Positions 36,670 to 49,381 of a stretch of 59,135 nucleotides of DNA are shown here, one piece after another (the first letter of the stretch is position 1; every line of letters begins with the position of its first letter). The DNA comes from a virus (Duplodnaviria; Heunggongvirae; Uroviricota; Caudoviricetes): IMG/VR virus record IMGVR_UViG_3300037455_000543, positions 1 through 59,135 of that record. One strand, given 5' to 3'. The notes under the pieces are model-generated. The model had not been told where the DNA came from. It saw only the letters and a program-made list of their open reading frames with translations, and ran no database searches. Made by a program: the position numbers and the translations under genes.

Positions 36670-38454
36670 ATGACAAAAATCAAATCATTAATTATGTGCT
36701 TGCTCATGTGTATTTCTATGGCCTTCGCTGGACCGGGTTTAGCCGATGGTGCAGCAAAGTTCGTAGGTAATATTACTACACAAGGACAGGTTCGTTCTGA
36801 CTTCACTACATTGTGGAATCAGATTACGGCAGAAAACGAATGTAAGTGGGCATCTATCGAAGGTACTCGTGGTAATTATAACTGGCGAGGATGTGATGCT
36901 GCTTATAACTGGGCAAAGAACAATGGCGGACATTTTAAATTCCATGCGCTCGTTTGGGGTTCACAATATCCGAATTGGTTGAATGGCCTTTCTGTAGATG
37001 AAACCAAGAAAGCAATTACTGCTTGGTTTGACGCTGTAAAAAATCATTATCCTGACCTTGAAATGATTGACGTGGTTAACGAAGCTATTAAGTCTGGTGG
37101 TAGTTATCACTCTGGCTATGGTAAGAACAACAACATCATTGGTGCTCTCGGTGGCGACAATGGTAATTATGAATTCGTTGTTACCGCATTTAAGATGGCA
37201 AGAGAACGTTGGCCGGATGCTATTTTGATTTATAATGACTATAATACTGTTCAGTGGCAGAAGAATGAAGGCATTGATTTGATTAACAAAATCAAGAAGG
37301 CTGGTGCTCCTGTAGACGCATATGGCTTGCAGGCGCATGACATGCAGGTTTCCGGTGGTCAGCAAGGTGGTCAAGGCGGTGGCGGTTCTTGTTTGAACAT
37401 TAATACATTAAAGTCTGCTATTGAAGAAATTTGGAATAAGACACAAATGCCAATGTTCATCTCAGAATATGATATTGCTACTGAAGATGATAATGACCAG
37501 AAGAACTGCTATTCACAACAGATTTCCTACTTTATGGAAAATGAACACATTGCTGGTATCACATTGTGGGGTTACATTTATGGCGCTACCTGGACTACAA
37601 ATGGTAACTCTGGTATCATCAAGAATGGACAAGATCGTCCAGCTATGACATGGCTCAAGCAGTATCTTGCAAGTAATAAGGGTGTGAACTCGACTGGATT
37701 GCCAACAGGTGATGGCGTAACCATTGTTGAACCTGAACCGCAGAAGCCGTTTAAGGGTGAAGCATTTAATCTTGCATTCCCGATTGAAGCTGAAGATTTC
37801 GATATTCCTGGTAAGGGAGCAGGTAATAATTCCTATTCCGTTAGCGGTGATTGCGATGATACATGGAACACAGAATACCGTAAGGGAACAACTGTAAAGA
37901 TTGGCGAAAAGAATGGTGGATTGGTTCTTGGTTGTAACCCAACAGGTAACTACTTCCAGTATACTGTCAAGGTTCCTGAAGCAGGCAATTACTATGTATA
38001 TGCAACAGTAGCAGCAGATGGTGAAGGTGCTATTCTGTTCAAGGTTGGCGACAAGGCAGTAACTGATACATTAAAGTTCACAGGCGACTCTTGGTCTAAG
38101 TTTGACAAGATTAAGGGACAGGCAACATTCACCACTGCTGGTGAACAGATTTTGACATTGGAAATTGCTAAGGGCTATATTGATGTTGATAAATTTGAGT
38201 TTATGGTAACTGATTGTGCTCCTGGTGATGCATCCTGTGGCGGACCGTCATTTAATTGTGAAGATTATCCAGAGGATCCGGCATGTAGGACTGTCGTATT
38301 TGCACCTGTTCAAGAACAACAGAAATTACAGCATTACAAGATTTTCGACCTTAATGGTAACTATCTTGGTGTAATTAGTGGATATAATAAGGTTGATGCG
38401 GCAAATGTTGTAACAAGTAAACTCCATACGAGAGTAATTCTTATCAACAAGTAA
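36670..38454 (+). CDS. Secreted GH10 endo-1,4-beta-xylanase with CBM6 and Fibrobacter-type C-terminal tail
   Basis: Signal peptide; ITAENECKW, FHALVWGSQ, DVVNE (acid/base), YNDYN, GLQAH, ISEYD (nucleophile); IEAEDFD CBM6; YKIFDLNG tail. Confidence 0.9.
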   Translation: MTKIKSLIMCLLMCISMAFAGPGLADGAAKFVGNITTQGQVRSDFTTLWNQITAENECKWASIEGTRGNYNWRGCDAAYNWAKNNGGHFKFHALVWGSQYPNWLNGLSVDETKKAITAWFDAVKNHYPDLEMIDVVNEAIKSGGSYHSGYGKNNNIIGALGGDNGNYEFVVTAFKMARERWPDAILIYNDYNTVQWQKNEGIDLINKIKKAGAPVDAYGLQAHDMQVSGGQQGGQGGGGSCLNINTLKSAIEEIWNKTQMPMFISEYDIATEDDNDQKNCYSQQISYFMENEHIAGITLWGYIYGATWTTNGNSGIIKNGQDRPAMTWLKQYLASNKGVNSTGLPTGDGVTIVEPEPQKPFKGEAFNLAFPIEAEDFDIPGKGAGNNSYSVSGDCDDTWNTEYRKGTTVKIGEKNGGLVLGCNPTGNYFQYTVKVPEAGNYYVYATVAADGEGAILFKVGDKAVTDTLKFTGDSWSKFDKIKGQATFTTAGEQILTLEIAKGYIDVDKFEFMVTDCAPGDASCGGPSFNCEDYPEDPACRTVVFAPVQEQQKLQHYKIFDLNGNYLGVISGYNKVDAANVVTSKLHTRVILINK

Positions 38455-38543
38455 TAATTGATACATATTTAAAAGGACGGTAGAAATACCGTCTTTTTTA
38501 TTTAACGTTTACAAAAGTAAATATTTTTACTATATTTTATTTT

Positions 38544-40901
38544 ATGGGAAAATGTATATCAAAAGCAGAAGCTGGTGAATTATTTCAAAAAGAACATGAT
38601 TATAAAGAAGAATGCGAATTTTGGAATAAATTTAATGATGTAGAATTCACCGAAGCTGATATAAAAGATAAAGAATTACATTTTATCATGTGGCATAATA
38701 CCAATAATGCAAGTCCCATGAATGGTAAACAGGTATTAATACGTGTAAGATGGTATAATGGTAAAATAGGAGTTTATCTTGGTAAGAGAGTTTCTGATTC
38801 TGAATGGGTTTATGACTATGACGATAAGAAATTATATCCAGCTGATGAAACTCAAGGTGGTGAAGGTTGTGGAAATGTCACGCACTGGTCTTATATTGAA
38901 AGGATGAAATAATGGTTATACCTCCGCCAAATAGTTATAATAGGACAACACAATATTATTTGGATCTTTCTGCAGGAACATGTGATCCAGCTGAAATAAT
39001 CAGCGATATTAATTTTTATAATGAACAGTTGAATTCATTACAGACAGAATATTACCAGAAAGCAGAAGAACTTAAGACGTATAAGCAGAAGATTGAGCAA
39101 ATAGAACGTGCTATGGAATCGCATAGTAAAGATATGAATAGCATACAACAAATACTCAGTTCATTAGCAGTATGTCTTGCAAAGAATAAGAATATAAAGA
39201 TCTAAAAGGAAGAACAATAAAATGGAATATACCCTAGTTAAACAAGATTTTCCGAATGGTTGGAATGACGCAACCACTATGGATCTTTTAACCAGACTTC
39301 TCAATGAAAACGGTTTTAAGATAGTAGATTCTTGTGAAGTTTATGCAAATGAAATGGTCTTAGATGCAAGACCTCATACTGACATATACACGATTGAAAA
39401 AGACGGTAAGACGTATATGTTCAAAATGGATATGGAACGAGATTTACGTCGCGATAATGAATATGTTGAGGGTATTGAATGGTTTAAGATTGGACGTAAT
39501 TCAAAACCAGTAAAGCAAATCAAGTTTGAAGTTCCGCCCGATCGTGATGTCGACCATCCTATATGTGCAGCTATTGAATATTGGGTTCAAGATGTAGCTA
39601 ATTATGTTAATGGAAAACCGTTAACAGAAAGAAAATTTAACTATGCTTATTGGGAAAAAATTCGTAAAGAAGAATATGCCAAGATAAAAGCAGAAACTGA
39701 AGCCAGATATAATGATTATCTGCAGCATCCTGAAAAATATTTTGGTCCTCCTCCGCGTCTAGTTGAACCACAATTATACGACTGTCAGACAGTTGCTGTT
39801 GTTCCTGTAGATAAACCTATTGGTCTTGCTTATGCATTGAAAGGGCTTGTAAAAGATGAAAGAGTACAAAATTTAATAAATTTAAATATTCAAAAGGAAA
39901 AATAAAATGAAAAAGCTAATTATTATGCTTATGTTTATGATTGGTTTCGCATTTGCCGACGTCAAGCTTGACTTCTTGGTATCAGTTCGTAGAATGGGAT
40001 GTGAAACAATCCAATGGATTGAAAACGATTATGAATCCGGAGTAAAGTGGAAATACTATGGAAAGTTCGCATGTAAAGAACTTAATAAGGTTCCAGTTAA
40101 GATCGTAGGATTAAAGTATCTTGATGTTTCAAGAAACCTTAAAGGTGAATTAGTATTTACATATGGACTTGAAGAATAAAGATTGTAAATACTGTCATTT
40201 TGATGGTTATGATGGTCCTATCATATTTTATGATGACTATGCAACTGACAATTTTCATTTAGTACATGAAGCAAAAGGTGTATGGCTTATCGGATGCTAT
40301 GCGTCTGAAAGCTCGCAAATTTATTATTGTCCAATGTGTGCAAGGAAATTAGATGACTGATACTAATGCTATATTACGTGATACGTCGACAACAATGTGT
40401 TTTGTCGATTTTAAAAATAAACGCTATTGCTGTACTTTCCCTTCAACGTTGGAGGAACGAAAATGGCTAATCGATAATGGCTTTGTAGCTATTGACGAAG
40501 CTATTGCCGCACCGATTATTGCACTTAATGACAATGGTTGTGAAACACAATATTGTTGTAGCGGTCATCTAGGTCAGATGGGTTCATTATATATCGTATT
40601 CACGAAAATCAGTGAAGAAATAGATAGCAAATTTAGAAAGACCCGTCTATGGGGAAAAACGGTAGATGAATATGATAGGGTAGTATGGCGTGCGAAAATT
40701 CCAACACTAAAAGATTGGCGATTTGCATTGGATGAGCTTTATAATATAGTAGATGGGTTAGATGATAACTTTGAACAATATGTAAAGCTTATTGTTGGAT
40801 ATAAAGGAAATAATACCGACCGTGTATTTGTAAAGCAATCAGATATCGATTCATATTGTGAAAAACGGTTAGATACATTACTTTATGCGCAAATAGATTA
40901 A
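38544..40901 (+). other. Operon of six hypothetical ORFs
   Basis: ORFs 38544, 38912, 39222, 39907, 40163, 40353 after TTTACA..TATATT promoter. Confidence 0.65.
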
Positions 40902-40970
40902 ACAGAATTAATTTATGGAGGGTTTACAAAAACCCTTTATTTTTTTATATTTTATAAAAAAGGATTTATT

Positions 40971-41771
40971 ATGATTGATAAAATGGGTGATAGACTGAAG
41001 TATTATGAAGGCATTGAAGCAGGACGTGTTTTAATTCCTCATTTGCCTATCTGCGTGCGTGTTGATGGTAGAGCCTTCCATACCTTTACCAGAGGAATGG
41101 AACGTCCTTATGATATCAATATGAGCAATTCTATGATAGAAACCATGAAGTACCTGGTCGAGAAGACCGATGCTTGTATTGGTTATGTTCAGTCTGATGA
41201 AATTTCTCTCATTTTGTCTGATGTCAAAGATCCGATGTTCGGAGGTAGGGTTCAGAAACTTACTTCTGTTATCGCTTCTATGGCTACTGCTAAGTTTAAC
41301 CAGGAAATTCATAAGTTCTATCCGGATAAGCCGTTAGCAGAATTCGATTGCCGTGTATGGAATGTTCCTAATAGAACTGAAGCGGCAAACACTATTCTTT
41401 GGCGTGAATTTGATGCGACAAAGAATTCTATTTCTATGGCTGCAAGAGCATATTATTCTGATAAGCAGTGCCTTGGCAAAAACAGTTCTGAAAAGCAAGA
41501 TATGCTTATGGAAAAGGGTGTTAACTGGAATGACTATCCAGTTTTCTTTAAGCGTGGCACTTATGCTAAGAGAGTTGTCGTAAATCGTACTCTTACACCT
41601 GATGAACTCAAGGATCTTCCAGAACATCATAATGCGAGAAAGAATCCAGATATGATTGTTACAAGAACAGAGATAAAGGAAATTTATATGCCTGTTTTCT
41701 CTAAAGTTGTAAACAGAGAAGAAGTCATTTTTGATGACGCAAAACCAATTTTGGAGGAAGGAAATGGTTAA
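40971..41771 (+). CDS. thg1: tRNA(His) guanylyltransferase Thg1-like protein
   Basis: RVDGRAFHTFT, YVQSDEISL, FGGRVQKL.S, FDCR, WRE.DA.KNSI, GVNWNDYP.FFKRG. Confidence 0.92.
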   Translation: MIDKMGDRLKYYEGIEAGRVLIPHLPICVRVDGRAFHTFTRGMERPYDINMSNSMIETMKYLVEKTDACIGYVQSDEISLILSDVKDPMFGGRVQKLTSVIASMATAKFNQEIHKFYPDKPLAEFDCRVWNVPNRTEAANTILWREFDATKNSISMAARAYYSDKQCLGKNSSEKQDMLMEKGVNWNDYPVFFKRGTYAKRVVVNRTLTPDELKDLPEHHNARKNPDMIVTRTEIKEIYMPVFSKVVNREEVIFDDAKPILEEGNG

Positions 41772-42042
41772 ATTTAAAATTGATTGGTATAATAGTAATA
41801 AATTCAAGTTTGAAACCATTGATGACGCCGAAGGAACACCAGGCGCATCTCGTCAATATACAAGATTTAATTCTGAAGTAAAACCGGAATTAATTAAGTA
41901 TTTAAAGGAAAATAAAGGTATGACTTTTGCTGAATTTGAAAAACGCTTAAATAAGCATAATTTCGAAGTCGTAGATCAGTGGAATACTGATAAAGATGGT
42001 TTAATTACAAATTATTATAACATAGAATCTACGGAAGGCTAA
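41764..42042 (+). CDS. Tandem paralog A (DDAEGTPGASRQYTRF motif)
   Basis: Shares MVKFK start and a 16-aa motif with the next gene. Confidence 0.7.
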   Translation: MVKFKIDWYNSNKFKFETIDDAEGTPGASRQYTRFNSEVKPELIKYLKENKGMTFAEFEKRLNKHNFEVVDQWNTDKDGLITNYYNIESTEG

Positions 42043-42320
42043 TGGTCAAGTTTAAGTTAAATATTCTAAAAGAACCAACATCTATTGAACTTGTAGACGA
42101 TGCAGAAGGAACACCTGGTGCATCTCGTCAATATACAAGATTTAGACAGAACATCGCAGATTTCGAACAGGCCTGGAATAATACAGTAGGTTATAGTGTA
42201 GAGTTAGCTGGTAAGACATTGGCTAAGTCATTGTCTAGTTGTAATTTCAAGGTTACTGACATCAAGGAAACTGACGAAAAGGGTGTTGTATTATTCTTTG
42301 CAGAATCGACTGAATCGTAG
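42042..42320 (+). CDS. Tandem paralog B
   Basis: Same motif as paralog A. Confidence 0.7.
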   Translation: MVKFKLNILKEPTSIELVDDAEGTPGASRQYTRFRQNIADFEQAWNNTVGYSVELAGKTLAKSLSSCNFKVTDIKETDEKGVVLFFAESTES

Positions 42321-45300
42321 GATAGCATAATGGAACAGGATGAAAAGAAATTAGGCGAAGGTATTAAATTCCAACATGATTATAAGAATGACGATGATCA
42401 TGTTTATACTAATATAAGGAATGAATATGAAAACAGAGAATACAGTAGCCGAAGAAATTAAAGATTATCCTCCTTATCTTGATTGCCCTAAACCAGAGTC
42501 TGATGAAGTTCGATATAGTAAAATGAGCGATAATGGATTATGCGAAGAGCTTAACAAGATTTGGGCAGAAAAAGCAGTATTGGAAATAAAAGAAAAACTT
42601 ATTCAACAAATTCGCTCAAGTCGTTAAAGGAGTAATATGTCAAAATATTTTATAGAAACAAGTCTTCCTGGTGATGAAGGTAAATATTTTCGATATATCA
42701 TCTTGACCGAAAAGAAAATCAAGAAATATATTGATTGGTTCAAGGCATATGACTGGGAAGATAATAATGATGGAATTTATTATGAAACCCTACAAGAATA
42801 TCGTTATACAAAAGACGAAATTCTTAATGCATTAACTGAAGAAGCTAAGCCGATTACTGATGAACAGATTAAGTTTTTGAAAAAATTTTGTCCTGGAACA
42901 AGGTTCGATATTTTTCAACGCCTTATTAACGAGAATGGCTCGGACGATGAGGTAGAACCTGACGATGATGATCCAGCAAATGATGAAGAAAACACTAAAG
43001 CCATAAGAGGAATAAGATAATGGGACCGAATAACTTTTTTATTTTAAGATATCGTGAAATGCATTGGGTTGGCAAAGGCGATCCAGATGGTTTTAGATAT
43101 CATGAAGTCTGCAGAACACCTGTCAAGCAATTTATTGACGAATTAGTCAATAAATATCATCTTCGTATTGTAGACCCGAATGATGATTATGCTGATGGAT
43201 ATGAAATTGTAGAAGAGAAGACAGTTTCTGATAATGTCGATTATGACTATATCGTAAAGCATAGCGATTCTAAACATGTCGTCGGAGATTATTAATGATT
43301 CCAGAAGAAGTAGATAATAAGCTTGAACATTGGGACTTGTTCAAAAAAGGAGATTCTTTATATACTGGAAAAAGTTGGCCGCGTACGCTTCAGGGCAATA
43401 TTGCGACGTTTTTTAATTATAATAAAGGTTATTGGGGCGTCCGAGGATTGGATGATTTTGCCGTAAGTTATAATACAGATAAGCCAATAGTTGAATGGTA
43501 TAATACTGGGACTGAAGTAGATGCGGATAAATTTGTAGAATATATGGATCATTTCCGCGAAGTAGTAACTCATTTAAAATTAGTAGAACATGAAATGCTG
43601 TTAGGCTATGCATTAAAAAGAGGAAATAATGGAAATTAATTTTAAACAAGGCGATGTATCTTTACATAAGATATTACCAGAAGGCACAACACGATTTGTT
43701 GTATCTGATAATGATGCAGATATTGCTAATCATTATCTTTCGATGATTCGTATATCTAATGAAGCTATTGATGATGAAGGCGATGAATGGCGTCGTTGTA
43801 AAGAATGTGGTCAATGGAAGCCATTAAATCAAATGTCCCGTGGAGTATATTTGTCATATCCTGGACAATATGATTGTCTTGAATGCTGTGAAGCAAGGAA
43901 GAACAAGAAACCAGAAATTAAAGTCATACAGCCTGCTTATACTGATAAAGATTTCGAAGTATTACCATATAAAGGAAAAATTAAAAATAAATCGGGTGTA
44001 ATTTTCTGCCCATTCGAAGGAGATAAAAATGTCTAGTTCATTACTGTATCTATTTAATCTTTACGTAAATATTGCTGATTTCCTCAGCGGAATGTATGCT
44101 GTAACAATTTTCGCATTATGCATTTTTGGTATTATTGCTATTATAAATGGTATATGTGATGGCGATATTATTAATGAAAAAATAAAACCTACATTTAAAA
44201 AGTGGATTAAGATTACACTTATTGTATTCGGTATTTTGACTATTCCTGCTATTTTTATGCCACAGCCGAAAACTGTTGCATTAATGTATGGCGTAGAAAA
44301 GATTAAAGAACTTAATGTTGATGCAAATACATCTACGACTCAACTTTATAAGGATGTAGTTACTATTATTCATAATTATGCTACAGAAAAGGAAGAAAAG
44401 TAAATGGATATTAATGAAGTATATAAGAATGCGCAAAAGATTGTATTAAAACCGAATCCTGAATCAGCAGGTGATTGGTCACAGCTTCGTTTTGGTACAT
44501 ATTGGAGGAAGTAAATGATAGTTTTAGATAAAGAAAAAATTATTACTTATGAAGAACCAGGTTGTTTCGGTAATCCACCAACTGCTAGATCTTGTATCAG
44601 TTTAGATTATGCTCATGAATTAATTCGTGAGGCCAATCTTGAAATCGAAGAACTTTATAAACAAATTGCAGACTTTTCAAAAAGTGACGCAATAGGTAAA
44701 GTTCCATTGACATTAAATCATGTATGTTCTACTGTTGCTACATTTACTAGATTGCCATTTAGTAAAGTTAAAGAATATGCAGAAAAAGCTTACCAGCCTG
44801 ATAACTGGTCTCTTCATTTTGTAAGCATTGAAGGTGTGTGGACAATTGAAAGCGCAATAAAGATTAAAGATTGCGATTTAGTAACATTTGTCAGAAATTT
44901 TAAGTCTATGGTTGACTGCAGCTCAGAGACTAGAATGCCTGTTTCTAAATTTGAAGATTATACAAAGATGTTATTTGCGGAATTTAAGAAACAGAATAAT
45001 CTTGAATAGTATGAAATTAGAAATAACAGATAAAAGAATAGTAAAAGATAGAACTTGCTATTTTTGTGGTGAACATTTAATTTTCAGCACGACAACAGAG
45101 GTTCCGTCTTTTATTCAAATGACGCAAGAACAATGGGATTATTGGCGTCAAGAGTGTGCAGAAAGAAGAGTTAAACAAGGCTGGATAGGTAATGATATTA
45201 CTAATCCAATTAAATGGGAGTTTTAAATATGGAACAAGCTTTAACATTGGTATATACACATCCATGGATTACAATAGGTCTTATTATTGTCGTTACATGG

Positions 45301-45601
45301 GCAATTACTGATATTATTACTGCTTTTAAATCCAAGAAATAATATGAGCAGAGATTACTATCGTCACAAAGTCGATATTCAAATAGAAAAAGGCAAAGTC
45401 TACGATTGCTCGTGGTTTGGTTACGGCATGGGTGGTTGCACAGCACGTTTTAGAGCAGTAATGCGTAAAGGTGAACTTGTGCTTCAACGGGTTGGATGCT
45501 ATGAAATTCGCAAACCTGATTTTTTCTATTATATTTGTCTGTCTGATAATCAAGAACCACATTTAAGTTACAGTGAAAGATTGAGCCAATATGAGGATTA
45601 G

Positions 45602-46066
45602 ATGTATACTGGTTATTTCGCTAAATTAAAAAAGTATCAAGAAGCTGGATTGGTTCCTGTTTCTATTGCTTTGAAATCCCCTGATTGGTATCATGGACTT
45701 GAATATAAACAGCTAGCACCTAATTGGGATATTCTTAGTGCTTGGAAATCTGGAGAACATCAAGGCGATGTCGATTATTATACACAAGAATTTAATGATA
45801 AAATTCTTAAAAATCGTAGTATAATCACTGTTATTCATGACTTAATGGAATTGACTAATACTGAACCCAATAATATTATTTTATTGTGTTATGAAAAACC
45901 AGAAGACTTTTGTCATAGGCATTTAGTTGCAGATTGGATAACTAAAGGTAGTTTATTTTTATCTACATGTATAGTTGGAAATGTCGTCGAATTTGGTAGT
46001 GAAAAACCTATAGTTTTAACTGATGAAGCAATACAGAAATTAAAGGATTTGGGAGTTGAGATATGA
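45602..46066 (+). CDS. DUF488-like protein
   Basis: YTGYFA, LAP.W, LLCYEKPEDFCHRHLVA. Confidence 0.75.
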   Translation: MYTGYFAKLKKYQEAGLVPVSIALKSPDWYHGLEYKQLAPNWDILSAWKSGEHQGDVDYYTQEFNDKILKNRSIITVIHDLMELTNTEPNNIILLCYEKPEDFCHRHLVADWITKGSLFLSTCIVGNVVEFGSEKPIVLTDEAIQKLKDLGVEI

Positions 46067-48598
46067 GTAAATGTGAAAAATGTAAAGAAGACGTAAATTT
46101 ACTTAATGCTTATGTATATTTTGGACCAAGTTGGATTAGATGGGTATGTCCAAAATGTAATTATGAACTGAATTATGAAATGACAGGCACTAAACCAATA
46201 GATCCTTATGTAGAGAAAATAATTGGGAAATAATATGAGTTTGCATACCGCTAGAAAAAAAGTTGATGAACTTACAAATGAAGAATTAGATAAAGAATTA
46301 AATTCCGCTAAAAGACTTTTTGTAGATTTGAATTGGCGTTATGAATATAACAGAAGAATAAAAGAATTTAAAAAAGAACATCCTGATGCTTCTGATTCTG
46401 ATATTAAATCTCAATATAGCAAAGAAGCACATCATATCGCCAATTTACTTAATGCCGTAGGTAATGATTATATTGAATTATTAGAAGACTATATTAAACT
46501 TAAAAAGAATGGATTAAAATAATGCTAACAGATGAGCAAATGCTAATTAATATGTGTCATCTAATGGATGAAGCTCATATTCCACATAATTGCAATGGGG
46601 ATGATCTTATTGAAATTGATAAAAATCATAAAATCAAAATCAATAAGTCTACAATTCCATGGCGTTGTACATTAGTAATAGATGATAAGGAAGTTTATTC
46701 CAGTAATCCTACTGGTATTATCGTTGTTCTTAAATCTCGTCTCGCTTATGAAAAACATTTTAAAAATAAAATAAGGAAAATGAATAATGGCTGAAACCGA
46801 AATTCCCAAAGTAACAAAATTTAAGTATTTTACATCTCTTCAAAATATTTGTAAAGTTCTTAATGCTGCAGTTATGAAAAAAGACTCAAAATTTATAGGT
46901 GGTTATTTCTGGGTTAACTCTGATATTAATATCAGTCAGATTCAACCTAGGTTTTATCAGATTTTTGTTACTCGTATAAAGCCAGGTTCAGATGTTAAGG
47001 TTAGGCCAGATAAGTGGACAAAAGACATGATGAATTGGCCATTTATGGAAATTGATATTTCCCATAACTGTGAAGCACATGGTTGTAATGGTTTTCCTGG
47101 CATGATAGGAACTGACGGGATTAAGATTAAGTTCTTTAAAGGCATGGATTTGTCCAAATATGATGAAAGCATTGAAGAATGGAAGAAAAACGGCGGTGGA
47201 GAATACATCAAAGCAAATATTCCTGGTCGTTGGGACATGATTAAGACATTTGAGCCAAAGGATTGCTACGAATTTGAAGAAAAGTTGATTAAGTATTTTA
47301 ATGACGGAAGTATTTTAGATCCAATAAAGCAACTTTGGTTTGCCTGGGATTATTTTGAAAACGTCAATAATGTTTTTGAAGAAAAGAAAACTATTGATGC
47401 CGTAGATGATGAAGAAAATCTGGAGGAAACTTAATGACTATTGATGAACTTATAAAAGAATTATCAGAATTAAGTGAACGTGGTTTTGGTAATTGCCAGC
47501 TAAGAAAACATATTCCTGTTCTTTATACTGACAAAGATGGCATAATTCATGAAAATATGTATAGAATGAAGGATGAAGATTTCGAATTCGACAGTCATAA
47601 TTATGTAGGTAATGGTAATGATTATGAATGTATTGTTTTGCCATACGGAAGTCATGAGACGTGTTCTATTGAAGAGTATAAGAATGATAGGGAAGAATGG
47701 GAAAAGGACCTAGAAGATACGTCTATGGACGAAGAAGACTATGATAGTCCATTCTCAACAGATGAGGATCAATAATATGTTTGATGAAGACGATTATTTA
47801 GCCAAGGCACCTGAAGAACCTATGCCATATCAGAGAACTGACAAGTATACTGAAATGGTAGAAGATAGGAATAGATGGCGTAAATTATGCAGGGATATTA
47901 TAACCGTATTAGGCAATGATCCTTATATGGCTTATACTTGTATGGATTCTTGGATAAAGAGATGGTGCGATAAGGATGAAGAAAAACAAGCGAGTAAGCT
48001 TACAAATGACATCTTAAAAAGACTGAACGAGATTAAACCACAAGACTGGGAGTAAGATATTATGTGGCCATTTAATAAAAGTGCAGAAAAACAGGCAAGA
48101 GAGAATGAACAGTTCGGTAATGAATGTTTGAATGCTGTAAAGAAGACGATTGCAAGAGAAAAAGAACATTTTGTAAATTCTCCAGAAGAACTTGCCAGTC
48201 GTATTATTGCTTTTGCGACGATTCATAAGGCAGATAAGATTTGTTTGTCAAGAGGATTTCGTCATACCATGTTTTATGATTATTTGTCGATGGAATGTAA
48301 TTTCATAGTCGATTCCAAATGGTATGTTCTTGTAACGGGTGAATGCAATGACATTAAGAGTTCTGGTGGTTTACATTATTCTGCCGGACCAGCAGATGAC
48401 GGACTTGCTAAATGTCTTTTACCAAAGATTACAACAACCAAGACATATCTTGAAACTGGAAAATTCGATTCTGGGTTTATCAGGGATGCAACTATGGAAC
48501 TCTACAGTCCGGAAGATTTTGGCGGGATTCTTAGATTCTGTAAAGAATTTTTGAAACCGGTTTTAGAAAAGAATTCAACAATGAGATAAGGTTAGTAA

Positions 48599-49075
48599 AT
48601 GATACAAGTAAGTGAACAAAAGACCAATAATCCGAATTATTCATTGGGTCGTCGTAATATGACGCAAAACCAGATTTGGGAAACTGAAGATAACGGCGGT
48701 TTTATGATGACTACCGTCATGGGTGAAGCTGAAGTTAATAGAAATAATAAGAAATATACGCCTGAATCTATTAAGAAAGCAGTAGATGATTATAACCAAC
48801 GTATTAAGACAGGTGAAAGCATTGCAGTAACATGCCTTAACAATGATTATTCTATTCCTCTCGACAGAGCATATGCAAAAGTCATTGATATGCATGTTAC
48901 AGATGATAACAAGATTGCAGCAAAAATGATTTTATTAGATACACAAAGTGGAAATGATATAAAAACACTTCTTACTTCTGTGAATAAAGCTAACTATAGT
49001 CTAAGACTTGAAGGAACGGCTAGCAAAGATAATTTAGAACATATTTTAAACGTAACGGTTAAGGAAGATGGCTAA
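48599..49075 (+). CDS. Degenerate prohead protease (T4 gp21-like)
   Basis: AEVNRNNKKY..KAV.DY, ILLDT..G; catalytic ELxHP and SSRG motifs replaced. Confidence 0.6.
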   Translation: MIQVSEQKTNNPNYSLGRRNMTQNQIWETEDNGGFMMTTVMGEAEVNRNNKKYTPESIKKAVDDYNQRIKTGESIAVTCLNNDYSIPLDRAYAKVIDMHVTDDNKIAAKMILLDTQSGNDIKTLLTSVNKANYSLRLEGTASKDNLEHILNVTVKEDG

Positions 49076-49381
49076 TATGGAAAATGAAGAAATTACAAAA
49101 TATAAAGTGGATAATGAAAAATTCTGTAGCAGAGTTGTTACGTGGAAAGATTTAGCCGAAGCAGGAAAAGGACGAGAAGATAATATTGCATACTTCAAGC
49201 TTCCAAAACCGGTGGAAAGCTGTGGACAAGAATATAATGACTTTTTCTTTGTTAAATTGGATAATGGTGAATTGGCAGTCGTTTTTATTAAAACCGTAGA
49301 AACAAAAGATGGTAAAAAACCAATGTTTGCATTGCCAGATCCGCGCATGGATGAATTTGTTAAAAAAATAGTAGATGCATA

